From the NCBI GenBank assembly GCA_040222015.1, contig JAVJWO010000047.1, forward strand, positions 64,001 through 128,000: a DNA stretch of 64,000 nt, written 5' to 3'. Origin of the DNA: Coleofasciculus chthonoplastes F2-STO-03. GTDB taxonomy: Bacteria > Cyanobacteriota > Cyanobacteriia > Cyanobacteriales > Coleofasciculaceae. The translations under genes were made by a program, and so were the position numbers. Below are positions 48,751 through 58,708 of this stretch, piece by piece. Positions within the stretch are counted from its first letter, which is position 1. Every line of letters starts with the position of its first letter. The notes beneath the pieces were generated by a model, which searched no databases, was not told the origin of the DNA, and saw only the letters and a list, made by a program, of their open reading frames with translations.

Positions 48751-49467
48751 TTAGCTCAGGGCGCGGCGTTGAGCGTCTAACAACTCCTTAATGCCTATTT
48801 CTGCCATATCAATTAACTGATTTAGCTGAGTCCGACTAAAGCTTTCTTCTTCCGCCGTCCCCTGAATTTCAATAATATTTAATTCGTCGTTCATGACAAT
48901 ATTGAAATCCGTTTGCGCGGCGACATCTTCTTCGTACTTTAAATCCAAAAACGGCTCACCCGCCAACAGTCCCACCGAAACCGCCGCGATTTGGTGACGG
49001 ATTGGCGATCGCTCTAATTCTCCAGCTTGGACTAATTTATCTAACGCCTCAGCCAGGGCGACGTATCCCCCAGTAATCGAAGCGGTGCGAGTTCCTGCAT
49101 CAGCTTGCAACACATCCGCATCCACAAACACCGTGCGTTCTCCTAAGGCGGTTAAATCTACAGCCGCTCTTAAACTGCGTCCAATCAATCGTTGAATCTC
49201 TTGAGTTCGACCCGATAGTTTGAGTAATTCCCGCGTTTGGCGTTGGGGTGTAGCGCCGGGAAGCATCCGATACTCGGCGGTTAACCAACCACTACCCGTT
49301 CCTTCCAGAAATCGCGGGATTCCCGGCTGAATGGTGACATTACACAACACCTGGGTATCACCACACTTGATTAATACAGAAGCTGGTGCAAATTTAGTGA
49401 ATCCGCGTACAAAACTGATGGGACGCAGTTGGTTGGGTTGGCGATGATCAGGACGTTGCCAAGACAT
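48751..49467 (-). CDS. rph: Ribonuclease PH
   Basis: [27 protein letters not shown] and [14 protein letters not shown] motifs. Confidence 0.97.
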   Translation of the reverse strand: MSWQRPDHRQPNQLRPISFVRGFTKFAPASVLIKCGDTQVLCNVTIQPGIPRFLEGTGSGWLTAEYRMLPGATPQRQTRELLKLSGRTQEIQRLIGRSLRAAVDLTALGERTVFVDADVLQADAGTRTASITGGYVALAEALDKLVQAGELERSPIRHQIAAVSVGLLAGEPFLDLKYEEDVAAQTDFNIVMNDELNIIEIQGTAEEESFSRTQLNQLIDMAEIGIKELLDAQRRALS

Positions 49468-49473
49468 GGTAGT

Positions 49474-49610
49474 TAAGTAGGTGTGAACAATTAAAGTTAA
49501 CGGTGGGGATTGTCATTCGTCATTCGTCATTCGTCATTTGTTTATGTAAGGGTTTGAGGACTATTGACATAACTTGTCGGGTGTTAGGTTTATTTCCACT
49601 AACCTACTTA
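49474..49610. repeat. MITE-like element (TAAGTAGGT...ACCTACTTA) enclosing a (GTCATTC)n STRR
   Basis: 9-bp perfect terminal inverted repeat. Confidence 0.65.
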
Positions 49611-49628
49611 TTTCCGATTCAAAAAATT

Positions 49629-50252
49629 TTAATCGTCCAGTTCAAGTTTGTGCAAGATATTCTGCTGAACTTGCTCTGGCGGTTGGTCGCCGTTGATCGT
49701 CAACAGCTTTTGACGATAGCCATAGTACTCCAGGATGGGAACCGTGCGCTCGTAGAATAACTCGATGCGGCGCGGGACAATTTTGGGATGGTCATCCAGA
49801 CGAGACTTAGTTGATGGGGTGCTATCTTGAGCCTGGTTTTGGGTTGGCGGAGTCTGTTCCGAAGGAACGTATCGCGCCACGGAACGAGTCATCATCACCG
49901 ATTCAGGTACGGTTAAGTAAATCGCCCAATTTAGCTGCTGATTTAAGTCCTCAAGCAGAAAATCCAATTCCTCGGCTTGGAACGCGGTACGGGGATACCC
50001 CTCTAACACCCAACCTTTCGCCGTGTCGGGTTGCAGCAGGCGCTGGCGCATGAATTCGATCAGGATTTCATCCGGGACTAATTCTCCCTTCTCGACGTAG
50101 GGCTGCGCCTTATGACCTAAGTCGGTTTGAGATGCGATCGCACGACGCAAAATGTTACCACTGGAAATCTCCACGATCCCCAAATGGCGACACAACTGTC
50201 GCGCCTGTGTGCTTTTCCCTGACCCTGGACCTCCCAGAATCACTAGTCTCAC
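49629..50252 (-). CDS. Adenylate kinase family protein (short-lid paralogue)
   Basis: GGPGSGKSTQA, GELVPDE and LEGYPRT; GTG start at 50252 preceded by GAGGAG. Confidence 0.88.
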   Translation of the reverse strand: MRLVILGGPGSGKSTQARQLCRHLGIVEISSGNILRRAIASQTDLGHKAQPYVEKGELVPDEILIEFMRQRLLQPDTAKGWVLEGYPRTAFQAEELDFLLEDLNQQLNWAIYLTVPESVMMTRSVARYVPSEQTPPTQNQAQDSTPSTKSRLDDHPKIVPRRIELFYERTVPILEYYGYRQKLLTINGDQPPEQVQQNILHKLELDD

Positions 50253-50748
50253 GATAATAGCTCCTCTGTTCCTAGCCTGGACAAGTCTTTCATCAATGTT
50301 GCACAAATCCTTTGCATCTGGGCAGGTTTTGACGCTACTGACCGTCATTTTGCCACGAATCCCCCTGGATGAACATTCTCCGGGACTTACTCTTGACGGA
50401 CTTGTAGATATGGTGTTTGATTAGGGATGCCACTGAAAAAAATACGCTATATCTTGTTCGCTGCATCGATTGAATTTCTAGTTAAGTTCCTTGAATTACT
50501 TGTAGGTTTTGTGATACAGTGACAATGTAGGCAGGGATAGGGGAGAAGGAAAGAATTATTGGACTTGAGTTAAGTTGTAAACGGCTATAATCCCCAAACC
50601 AAAAGGATTCGGTGGAATAGTAGCAGAAACAGGCGATCGCGAGACACGGTTAACAGCGAATTCTGCCAAAAAGCTGTCTAAAGCGACCATGAGACACTGA
50701 TCGAGGAAAGCTTGAGCAGTGTCCATTAGATTCATTGCTCTTTAATAG

Positions 50749-51291
50749 TTGACTATGGTTTCCCAGTTAGAAACTCCTACCCTTAATTCAGCGCATCACC
50801 TGACCTACAGCCTAGAAGGGCTGGTACAAGTCTTTACCAGTGCCCAGCGCAGCTTTTTTACCAATGTGATTGCCCAAGGCTTGAGAATCGCTGGACAGGG
50901 GACACCCGTGCTAGTGGTTCAGTTTCTCAAAGGGGGTATTGGTCAAGGACACCAGCATCCGATTCGGTTGGGACAGTATTTAGAATGGATTCGCTGTGAC
51001 TTGCCACGATATATTGATACCCCAGAGTTAGATGAGGCAGAACATAAATCCCTGAAGCAGTTATGGCATCATACTCAGCAGGTGGTGTATGAGGGGAAAT
51101 ATTCTGTCGTTGTCCTTGATGAATTGAGTTTAGCGATCAACTACGGCTTAATCCCCCTCAGTGAAGTCTTGAGATTTCTGGAAAGTCGCCCCAGTTCAGT
51201 AGATATTATTCTCACAGGACCCGATATGCCACCAGAACTTCTAGAGGTGGCTGACCAAATCACAGAAATTCGTCGCAGTCATCAGCCTTAG
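50749..51291 (+). CDS. CobA/BtuR-like cob(I)alamin adenosyltransferase paralogue with a degenerate P-loop
   Basis: VVQFLKGG, VVLDEL, IILTG and ADQITE present; GKGKTT replaced by AQRSFF. Confidence 0.78.
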   Translation: MTMVSQLETPTLNSAHHLTYSLEGLVQVFTSAQRSFFTNVIAQGLRIAGQGTPVLVVQFLKGGIGQGHQHPIRLGQYLEWIRCDLPRYIDTPELDEAEHKSLKQLWHHTQQVVYEGKYSVVVLDELSLAINYGLIPLSEVLRFLESRPSSVDIILTGPDMPPELLEVADQITEIRRSHQP

Positions 51292-51359
51292 TAGGGGCTT
51301 GGTTACTGTACAATTTTGTACAGGAAAGTGTTTTGTCGCTCATTCTAAGGTAAAGTGAC

Positions 51360-52256
51360 ATGGCAACGGAAGCGAGAGCGGTTCGTTTCCAGATTGGAAA
51401 CATTGAGGTTTCTGGTTATCAGCTAACCTCTGATCAGGATCAGCGTCTGTTGTTCACCCACAGGCAAATCGCCGAAGTCGTGGGTAAAAGCAAGGGAACA
51501 GCGCAAAAGTTTTGTAAATCAAACGAAAACAACTTGCCAGAAACCGTCAAGACTGTGGTTCCGGATAAACCCAGACCGATCGCGTTATCATCCTGGGATG
51601 CAGCCGTAGCGTTTTGGCAACATCAAGCTAATGCTGGGAATGAGACAGCAACAGCTTTGGTAGAAGCAGCGCGTTCCACACCACCAGAGACTCTCCAGAT
51701 TGAACCAGCGAGTGAGATAGAGCCAGTTGAGACATCCTATCCCAAAGACATCGAAGGCGCGATCGCACAATTACCCCAAACCGATGAATTCCCCCTTGAT
51801 AACCAACTCCAGCAACTGGATCAGGGGTTACGGTTAATCGCTAAATGGTTAGAAGAAGCGGGATTGGATCAACGTGCGATCGCGTCTTGGAAATTGAATG
51901 TACTCACCCAGCGTTTTCCGGCTTTAGCCAGTGCTGCGAATCAAGCACAGCAGCTTTTAGTCACCCATTCGGTTGAGGAGCCATCCGGGATGATCGCCTC
52001 CCAAGTGGCTGAGAAGGTGTCAGCGCAATTAGGACGAAAGGTTAAAGCCGCTCAAGTTAACGCCGCACTCCATGAATTAGGCATTCAGGAATGGACTAAA
52101 CCTGGTTCCAGAGAGCGACGACTTACCGAAAAAGGAAAAGAATACGGGCGAGCCATGCTAGCCACATCCAAAACCAATACCTGGAGTGGAGCGCAGTTGC
52201 GATGGTTTGATAATGTTGTTCCTTTGTTATGTGAATATTTGGCAGATTCCAAATAA
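51360..52256 (+). CDS. Putative DNA-binding protein with a phage antirepressor-like C-terminus
   Basis: HTH-like QIAEVVGK; ASQVA...AAQVNAALHELG...LTEKGKEYG...QLRW. Confidence 0.55.
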   Translation: MATEARAVRFQIGNIEVSGYQLTSDQDQRLLFTHRQIAEVVGKSKGTAQKFCKSNENNLPETVKTVVPDKPRPIALSSWDAAVAFWQHQANAGNETATALVEAARSTPPETLQIEPASEIEPVETSYPKDIEGAIAQLPQTDEFPLDNQLQQLDQGLRLIAKWLEEAGLDQRAIASWKLNVLTQRFPALASAANQAQQLLVTHSVEEPSGMIASQVAEKVSAQLGRKVKAAQVNAALHELGIQEWTKPGSRERRLTEKGKEYGRAMLATSKTNTWSGAQLRWFDNVVPLLCEYLADSK

Positions 52257-52279
52257 AATATGCCCCAGTTCGACCAGCC

Positions 52280-52759
52280 TTAGCCGTAATCTATCGGTAA
52301 TGACAGAGGTTGTGTTGGATTCTCGGTACTCCACTGCTCTAGAATCTTTTGCAAACGAGCTAAGGCATCTTCATCGCTACTAAACTTAATTTCAGCAATA
52401 ACAGTGGGGATACCTCTAGGAAACCGTGATATATTCTTATCTTTTTCGTAAAGTAGAATCAACGGGATATTATGGATTTCTGCATAAGCTAATTCCATCC
52501 CAACGCCAAAAGAAGGACAACCCAGGTAGGCGATGACTAAATCTGACGAACTAACTTGGCGCTTGTCTGTCTCAAAAACTTGTCGAGCGCTAACATCAGG
52601 GTTATTAATCGGATCGGTTTTGAGATGGGGAACATAGACTTGAAATTCCATCGTTTCACAAAGCTCCCCAATCGCTTCATAAAATGCCTTGAGTTTTAAA
52701 GGATTTTCAACTCCAGTTAACGCACCTGAAATGTAAATGTGTGCTTGAGTTTGATTCAT
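52280..52759 (-). CDS. Nucleoside 2-deoxyribosyltransferase / DNPH1(RCL)-like nucleotide N-glycosidase
   Basis: IYISGAL, VYVPH, D...V..SDLVIA and SFGVGMELAYA motifs. Confidence 0.85.
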   Translation of the reverse strand: MNQTQAHIYISGALTGVENPLKLKAFYEAIGELCETMEFQVYVPHLKTDPINNPDVSARQVFETDKRQVSSSDLVIAYLGCPSFGVGMELAYAEIHNIPLILLYEKDKNISRFPRGIPTVIAEIKFSSDEDALARLQKILEQWSTENPTQPLSLPIDYG

Positions 52760-52821
52760 AACTTAATGAATAAAGACACCTAAGTTAATTAGTTAATTCA
52801 GGATGATTTATTTAAAAGATA

Positions 52822-53577
52822 TTATTTGGCTTTTAATATCTCGACAACAAAAGGACTTATACCACCGATAACAGCCGCTAAAGAAGCGCCTATCACTGGA
52901 TTAATTAAAGAGGTTACAATACCAATAGCTAAAGCGACAACAGCAAAAGAAGCCATCCCGAATAATCGATTTTGACGTTCCCGTCTTTCCCTCTCTTTCT
53001 CTTCTTTTATTTCTCGCTCCTGTCGTTGTTTTTCTTGATTAGCCTTCTCTCTAAGCTGCTGTTTTTCTTGACTAGCCTTTTCTATAAGCTGCTGCCAGAT
53101 GTCATCTCTGTCAGGAGGTCTTCCAACAGACACTTTAGCTTGAGAATCTACTCTGAAAAAGCAAACTGTGCAGAAAGAATCTCCCAGTCGAAGTTCTACA
53201 GGACTATCGCGATAGTTGTGGCAAGAAATTAAAAGTTTACCAGTCCATCCGGGATCTACAGTAGTAGAGATGTGAGATAATCCTTGAGAATTAACCCGTG
53301 TAGCCATGGCATGAATAGTTGCTCCCACCTCCCTTGATAAAGTTATAGACTCCAACGTCTCAATAACTACTGTATCCCTAGGTTCAATTTCAATTCCACC
53401 GTCTCTTTCAATATTTTCTTCACGTTTATTATTCCAAGAAAATCCTTTTTTTCCAACTCGCAAATCATAACCAACCGGTGTTAAATACTTTTTATCAAAA
53501 GGCTCTATTGAGATTCCTGTATCTGGATCTCTCTTTTGAGATTCTAGTTGTTTTTCAATATCAACATCGCTAAACAC
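52822..53577 (-). CDS. dCTP deaminase/dUTPase-fold protein with a C-terminal coiled coil and two hydrophobic helices
   Basis: IEPF...PVGYDLRVG, TLESITL and VDPGWTGKL; E/K/R-rich coil; MASFAVVALAIGIVTSLI and IGASLAAVIGGISPFVV. Confidence 0.75.
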   Translation of the reverse strand: MFSDVDIEKQLESQKRDPDTGISIEPFDKKYLTPVGYDLRVGKKGFSWNNKREENIERDGGIEIEPRDTVVIETLESITLSREVGATIHAMATRVNSQGLSHISTTVDPGWTGKLLISCHNYRDSPVELRLGDSFCTVCFFRVDSQAKVSVGRPPDRDDIWQQLIEKASQEKQQLREKANQEKQRQEREIKEEKERERRERQNRLFGMASFAVVALAIGIVTSLINPVIGASLAAVIGGISPFVVEILKAK

Positions 53578-53619
53578 AGTTCCTTGACCTCAACTATTAG
53601 TTTGGGTATGAGATAACGG

Positions 53620-54162
53620 TTATACGCTAGCTCTAGCAACAGACGTCGGCTTTAATAAAAATGATGCCGCTCTGTTTGCTGTTTCATCAGATAGCTGAAT
53701 TTTTTTCAGGGTAACTAAACCCTCATTGATAAATGAATCTCTAACCAGAATGCTTCCTCCACTGTTAAAGGGAGTTTCATAAAAGACTTCATGGATGCCA
53801 GCAGAAATGATCAGTTTTAAACAAGAAAGACAAGGTTCTAGGGTGACGTAAATACTGGCATCAGTCGTCGCAATGCCATGTTTAGCCGCTTGTGCCAGCG
53901 CATTGGCTTCAGCGTGAACAGCGCGAGATGGCATCTCTTTACTGGCATCACAGCTACTTAAACCTGGGTAGCAATATCCCTGTTCTGTACAATGAGCTGA
54001 TCCGGCGGGTGATCCATTGTAGCCAGTGGCTAAAACTTGTTTGTTTTTAACAATTACTGCACCAACCGGAAAAGCCAAGCACGTTGAGCGAGTAGCGGCA
54101 AGTTTTGCCAGCATGAGGAAGTATTCATCCCATGTTGGTCGATCTTGATCAAATGGTGTCAT
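53620..54162 (-). CDS. dCMP deaminase (ComEB-like)
   Basis: RPTWDEYF, RSTC, VGAVIV, TGYNG, HAEANA and PCLSC zinc motifs. Confidence 0.93.
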   Translation of the reverse strand: MTPFDQDRPTWDEYFLMLAKLAATRSTCLAFPVGAVIVKNKQVLATGYNGSPAGSAHCTEQGYCYPGLSSCDASKEMPSRAVHAEANALAQAAKHGIATTDASIYVTLEPCLSCLKLIISAGIHEVFYETPFNSGGSILVRDSFINEGLVTLKKIQLSDETANRAASFLLKPTSVARASV

Positions 54163-55655
54163 TTACTATCCTGGGTATAGAGCTTATTCGTTTTCAGTGA
54201 TTCAGCGGCTTTCTGTAACTCCATTCCTAAATAAGCGGCATGATCGGGTTGAATAGCTGGGGAAGCTGCACAAATTTCCCTGATCAGCGTTAGGGGATTT
54301 TTGCCTGAATAGCAAGCAACGACTTCACCACTACCCGGAGTTGTTTGTTTAACAACGATTTTGTTGGCGTCAATTTCAATTAAAAAGTTACCCGCCGGGT
54401 CATAAAAGTCTCGATTCCGACAAATTGCAGGATATTGTTTTCGGATTAACTGATCTGCATTTTCCCAGGTATCATCATAAATATGAGCGCTCTGACTGAT
54501 AGTAATCAATGGTCCCATTCGCAAATCATAACTAGAGCGCTGGGCAATTTCGTCTCGGATGTACTGTTGCAGGGCGCGTAGTCCCATGGCGTTCGAGGGC
54601 CACGCCATGTACATATCATTACTGCGGAGAGTCGCAGTCAGGGATAACTCATTATCGACAACCCTCGCCCAAAGGTGATTCAGACAAGGACTACCCCCTT
54701 GTTCGTGATCCTTAACATCCCACAGAGACATCACGGCACTTGCCGCATCAATTTCTCCAATTAATTTAGTAATAATCTGCTCAATTTGGTCTTTGCCAAA
54801 CCATGAACGGAGGCGTTGACCGTAAGTATATTTCACACCTTCTCGATAAGGCGCATCATCTAAAATTTGGTGAATGTACTCCTGAATAAAAGCGCGATCG
54901 CAGGGTAAATAGTTGGGTTCAGGGAAATAGAACCCTGGGGGTTCATCCGTCACCACCGCCATCAAATCAATTAATTCTTGCCATTGCCCATCATAACCCG
55001 TGGGACGAATGGTTCCAGTTGTTTTAATCCGATGAATAATTTTGACCCAGGTTTCAGCAATCGTCTTGCCTTCGATTCGATGTCCGTAGCGCGGTCCCGG
55101 TAAAACTGTTGGTACGGCTTCAGTTAGGGGAAATTCTAGCGGCGCACCCCAGGGTTCAACCCTATCCCTCACCGCATAAGACTTTACCTGACTCACCGCT
55201 TCAGCCATTGATTTCGCCTCTTGCCACTCCACCGATTGCCGGAGAGTCTCCAAAGCATTAGCCTCAATTTCAATATCGATATAGCCAGGAATCGCAGATC
55301 GAATCACCCAACAGCGACGCCCTGTATCGCTGAACCCTTCAGTAAAACCATTGCGGAAGAAGTCTAATAAGCATATCCCACCCCCAGCATTTTTGTCTTC
55401 TTTCGTAGCGTTGAGAACCAGAAGGTAGCGGACATGAGGATTCGCTAATAGATTCCGGATCAGCAGGCTGATACCCCGTGTCGGACTATAGAGTTGACCG
55501 ATAACAGCAAACTCATGAGGTTGTAACTGTTTGGCGATCGCACCTTTAACCGTCCAACCTGTAACCACCGCCGTCTGACCCGTACCGTAAATGAGCTGGT
55601 TGGGCTTGTGTAGGGGTTTGTACTGGAATTGAGTAATCTGAGCGCTAGCTGTCAT
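54159..55655 (-). CDS. Thymidylate synthase (ThyA fold) fused to an MtrA-like N-terminal and a DUF4346-like C-terminal domain
   Basis: YTYGQRL, SPCL, RSNDMYMAWPSN and SAHIYD; IRNLLANPHVRYL; DPAGNFLI...HAAYLGMELQKA; 4-nt overlap with the downstream gene. Confidence 0.85.
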   Translation of the reverse strand: MTASAQITQFQYKPLHKPNQLIYGTGQTAVVTGWTVKGAIAKQLQPHEFAVIGQLYSPTRGISLLIRNLLANPHVRYLLVLNATKEDKNAGGGICLLDFFRNGFTEGFSDTGRRCWVIRSAIPGYIDIEIEANALETLRQSVEWQEAKSMAEAVSQVKSYAVRDRVEPWGAPLEFPLTEAVPTVLPGPRYGHRIEGKTIAETWVKIIHRIKTTGTIRPTGYDGQWQELIDLMAVVTDEPPGFYFPEPNYLPCDRAFIQEYIHQILDDAPYREGVKYTYGQRLRSWFGKDQIEQIITKLIGEIDAASAVMSLWDVKDHEQGGSPCLNHLWARVVDNELSLTATLRSNDMYMAWPSNAMGLRALQQYIRDEIAQRSSYDLRMGPLITISQSAHIYDDTWENADQLIRKQYPAICRNRDFYDPAGNFLIEIDANKIVVKQTTPGSGEVVACYSGKNPLTLIREICAASPAIQPDHAAYLGMELQKAAESLKTNKLYTQDSK

Positions 55656-55706
55656 AGGAGGCTGCGAGTTAAGAAATCTCTAGCCTAGAATAGCAAAGAA
55701 ACGGAG

Positions 55707-56978
55707 TTACACAGCAGGTAAACGCACCTGAAAGCAGCTACCCACCCCAACCTGACTCGTCACCGTGATTTTCCCACCATGACGTTGCGCGATCGCTTGA
55801 GCAATAGCTAAACCCAACCCTGTCCCCCCTTCTCGGCGAGAACGGGCTTTGTCCGCCCGCCAGAAGCGATCAAACACAAAGGGTAATTGTTCTCGCTCAA
55901 TGCCAATTCCTGTATCCTTAACACTAACAACGGCAAAGCGATTATTTTTCGCTAAAATTAGGTCTACTTTCCCTTTAGCAGGCGTGTATTGAATCGCATT
56001 TTCCAGCAAGTTACAAAATAAACGACTCAGTTGTGATTCATCCCCTACCACAGAAACTGTAGCTAGCCACTGAGACTGGATTTTCACCTCTTTGTCTTGT
56101 GCAAAAGGTTCTAATAACTCCAGCAAGTTCTTTAAAATCTTATTCAGAGAGATTGTGATTTTCTCACGGCTAGGCGTTGATATCTTACTATCGTTTCGCG
56201 CTAAAAAAAGTAAGTCTTCTGATAAGTGACTCATCTGATCCGTAGCACTCGCGATCGCCGCTAACTTTTTCGCATCTTTAGGATGAATTCGTTCCGGATG
56301 ATTTCGCATCACATCAACCGATGCTTTAATCGCCATCAAAGGACTGCGTAACTCATGAGACGCATCCGCCGTAAACTGTTTAAGTTGCTGAAAACTTTGC
56401 TCAATTGGCTCCAAAGCTTTCTGTGTCAACCACAGTCCGCCCAAACCCACTAAACCTAACCCCATAACACCACCCATTCCCAATCCCCACAGCATTTGGC
56501 GTTGGAAGATTTGGATATCCTCCATCGATTGTGAGGCACGAATATACCCTTCTAGAGAGGGCTGATTGGGGGTTGAGCCATCTTTAAACACCGAAATTGT
56601 ATACGTGCGAACCTGTCTGGGCTTTTGCTTTTCTTCTTGAGTTTGAGAACCGACTCGGAGTCGAGAGTCCAACTCTAATGCACCTCGACTTGCCAACAGT
56701 TGACCCTTGGCATCAAACCATTCTAAACTTTGCTGATCCCGATTAAAAATATCGCGCCAGGGAACCGCATCCACTTGATTCAGATATCGAGGTCCCTTCA
56801 TTTTGACAGGCGTAAACGAGGCGGCAGCGGCTTGAGCCAGAGTCAATAGTTTTTTATCCAGTTGGTAATAAAGATTGCGGCTAACAAAGACATAAACTCC
56901 CGTGCCAAAGAGACTCAAAATTGCTGCCATTACAGTTAGGTAAGACAACAATAGACGCCAGCGTAAACCTTGAAACAT
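55707..56978 (-). CDS. Membrane sensor histidine kinase
   Basis: Two TM helices; ADASHELRSPL, NLLENAIQYT, DTGIG and GTGLGL; ATG at 56978 because the longer ORF start lies in a REP. Confidence 0.93.
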   Translation of the reverse strand: MFQGLRWRLLLSYLTVMAAILSLFGTGVYVFVSRNLYYQLDKKLLTLAQAAAASFTPVKMKGPRYLNQVDAVPWRDIFNRDQQSLEWFDAKGQLLASRGALELDSRLRVGSQTQEEKQKPRQVRTYTISVFKDGSTPNQPSLEGYIRASQSMEDIQIFQRQMLWGLGMGGVMGLGLVGLGGLWLTQKALEPIEQSFQQLKQFTADASHELRSPLMAIKASVDVMRNHPERIHPKDAKKLAAIASATDQMSHLSEDLLFLARNDSKISTPSREKITISLNKILKNLLELLEPFAQDKEVKIQSQWLATVSVVGDESQLSRLFCNLLENAIQYTPAKGKVDLILAKNNRFAVVSVKDTGIGIEREQLPFVFDRFWRADKARSRREGGTGLGLAIAQAIAQRHGGKITVTSQVGVGSCFQVRLPAV

Positions 56979-57127
56979 TCTAAGAACCGTATAGATGTAG
57001 CATCCTACGTCTGAGTTTTGATTGTGTAGGGGCGGGTTTATGTGCTTTCGTTTCACTATGTATAATAACATTTATTCAAAACCCGCCCTGTATGATGTTT
57101 AAATTATAAATCTTCCCCAATCACCAA

Positions 57128-57799
57128 TCATTGTTTTAAACGATAACCCAAACCATAAACCGTTTCAATCAAATCACTGGGAGCGCCACCCGCTTCAAGT
57201 TTCTGTCGTAAACTGCGGATATGCGCTTTCACCGTCGCTTCTTCCGGGAGTCGCTCAAAGGGCCACAGGTGTTCTAAGATTTGAGCGCGGCTAAACACAC
57301 GACGACCATGGCGTAAGAAAAATTCTAACAACGAATATTCTTTAGGTGAAAGCGATAGGAGGAGATCTTGATAAAAAACTTCACAGGTACTTGGATCTAA
57401 CCGTAGTTTACCCCACTCCAATACCGGGGGGGCGGTGGAAACACCCCGACGCAGTAAGGCTCGAATACGAGCTGATAATTCTTCTAGGTCAAAGGGTTTA
57501 ACCAAATAGTCATCAGCTCCTGCATCCAATCCCACAACCTTATCAGTAATTGTATCCTTAGCCGTTAGCATCAGAATCGGAGTACTACAGCCTTGGGAGC
57601 GTAGTCGCCGACAAAGTGTAATCCCATCGATTTTGGGTAACATAATGTCGAGCAAAATTAAGTCATAGGTGACAGAATCAGCGAGATTTAACCCCTCCTC
57701 TCCATCATGCACCACATCGATCGCATAATGTTGATCGGTGAGATCTTCTTCTAGGGCATCGGTAATGCGCTCATCATCTTCCACGAGTAAAAGTCTCAT
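57128..57799 (-). CDS. OmpR-family response regulator
   Basis: LLVEDD, LDIMLP, LTAK, GADDYLVKPF and IETVYGLGY motifs. Confidence 0.96.
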   Translation of the reverse strand: MRLLLVEDDERITDALEEDLTDQHYAIDVVHDGEEGLNLADSVTYDLILLDIMLPKIDGITLCRRLRSQGCSTPILMLTAKDTITDKVVGLDAGADDYLVKPFDLEELSARIRALLRRGVSTAPPVLEWGKLRLDPSTCEVFYQDLLLSLSPKEYSLLEFFLRHGRRVFSRAQILEHLWPFERLPEEATVKAHIRSLRQKLEAGGAPSDLIETVYGLGYRLKQ

Positions 57800-57869
57800 T
57801 CTGACACCTGTTACTTAATATGACTTGTCACTCCCAAGGTAAGCTGTTCACGTTCTGATCAAGCTATGG

Positions 57870-58097
57870 TTATGGCGTAGCCTCACCGTCTTCCTCTTCT
57901 TCTCCAGGCATAGCCTCAGTTTCTTCCTCCCCAGGCATAGCCTCAGTTTCTTCCTCTCCAGGCATAGTCTCGGTTTCTTCTGCTGGAGTTGGCTCTTCTA
58001 CACCCGTCTCATCAGGTGTAGTTGTATCAGTCTGACAAGCTCCCAGCAATGATGTCAAACCCAACAACAGTGAAAAAGCGATAATCTTCAGCTTCAC
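57870..58097 (-). CDS. Small acidic lipoprotein with a 27-bp (MPGEEETEA) tandem repeat
   Basis: Lipobox LGAC; AGGAGG upstream; repeat anchor at 57904, 57931 and 57958. Confidence 0.8.
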   Translation of the reverse strand: MKLKIIAFSLLLGLTSLLGACQTDTTTPDETGVEEPTPAEETETMPGEEETEAMPGEEETEAMPGEEEEDGEATP

Positions 58098-58342
58098 AGC
58101 ATTACCTCCTAAAATTTTCCAAATTCAACCTTCTTACCGGGGTAATCAAGTTGCTTATACGTTTCTACTTGGCGTTAATCGCCGTTAAACCCTTAAACAG
58201 CCCTGAATTTTTCGGGTTCATCTGCCAAGTTAAACTCAAAAAGTAAAAAACTCGATAAAACCGCCCAATAGTTTCCGTCTTGCCATAAAACCCGTAGCCA
58301 CTCCGGTAGGCATCATCTTGTCATGAGTCCGATCTCCGACGC

Positions 58343-58468
58343 CCTAGTGCAGCGCGGCAAAAATACTTGAGCAGCTTCGTAGATACGATGAAGCAGGGGG
58401 AGCAGAGGGAGCAGGGGAAGCTGGGGGAGATATTAGCTGTTCAGTTATTTCTGCTTTCTTGCACTAGG
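58343..58468. repeat. MITE-like element (CCTAGTGCA...TGCACTAGG) enclosing a 9-bp GGGGGAGCA array
   Basis: 9-bp terminal inverted repeat; left-end relatives near 33631 and 47253. Confidence 0.65.
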
Positions 58469-58708
58469 TTCAAGTCATAAGCTGTCACACATTTAAATTG
58501 GGAATGGGTAGCGAGCAAGATGCAAAGCCTGCGGCATGGCTTCGCTTAACGCATTACAAGGGTTTTGCCGTTTTTGACATTAAGGTTTAAATGCCGAACA
58601 GCTTACCAGACGGGTGACTTCCATCGATCTGAATTGCTTTGTCGCCAAATTCTGCGGGAGCAACCGTATTGATAAATGCCTGTGCTGTCTTCAGCCGAAT
58701 CCCCTGTA

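Noticed and set aside
53620..54162. AvcD-type anti-phage dCTP deaminase
   Set aside because: Lacks the N-terminal P-loop kinase domain; size and motifs fit an ordinary dCMP deaminase
54159..55655. dCMP hydroxymethylase for DNA base modification
   Set aside because: Has Asn (WPSN) rather than Asp at the specificity position, which favours dUMP; a dUMP hydroxymethylase cannot be excluded
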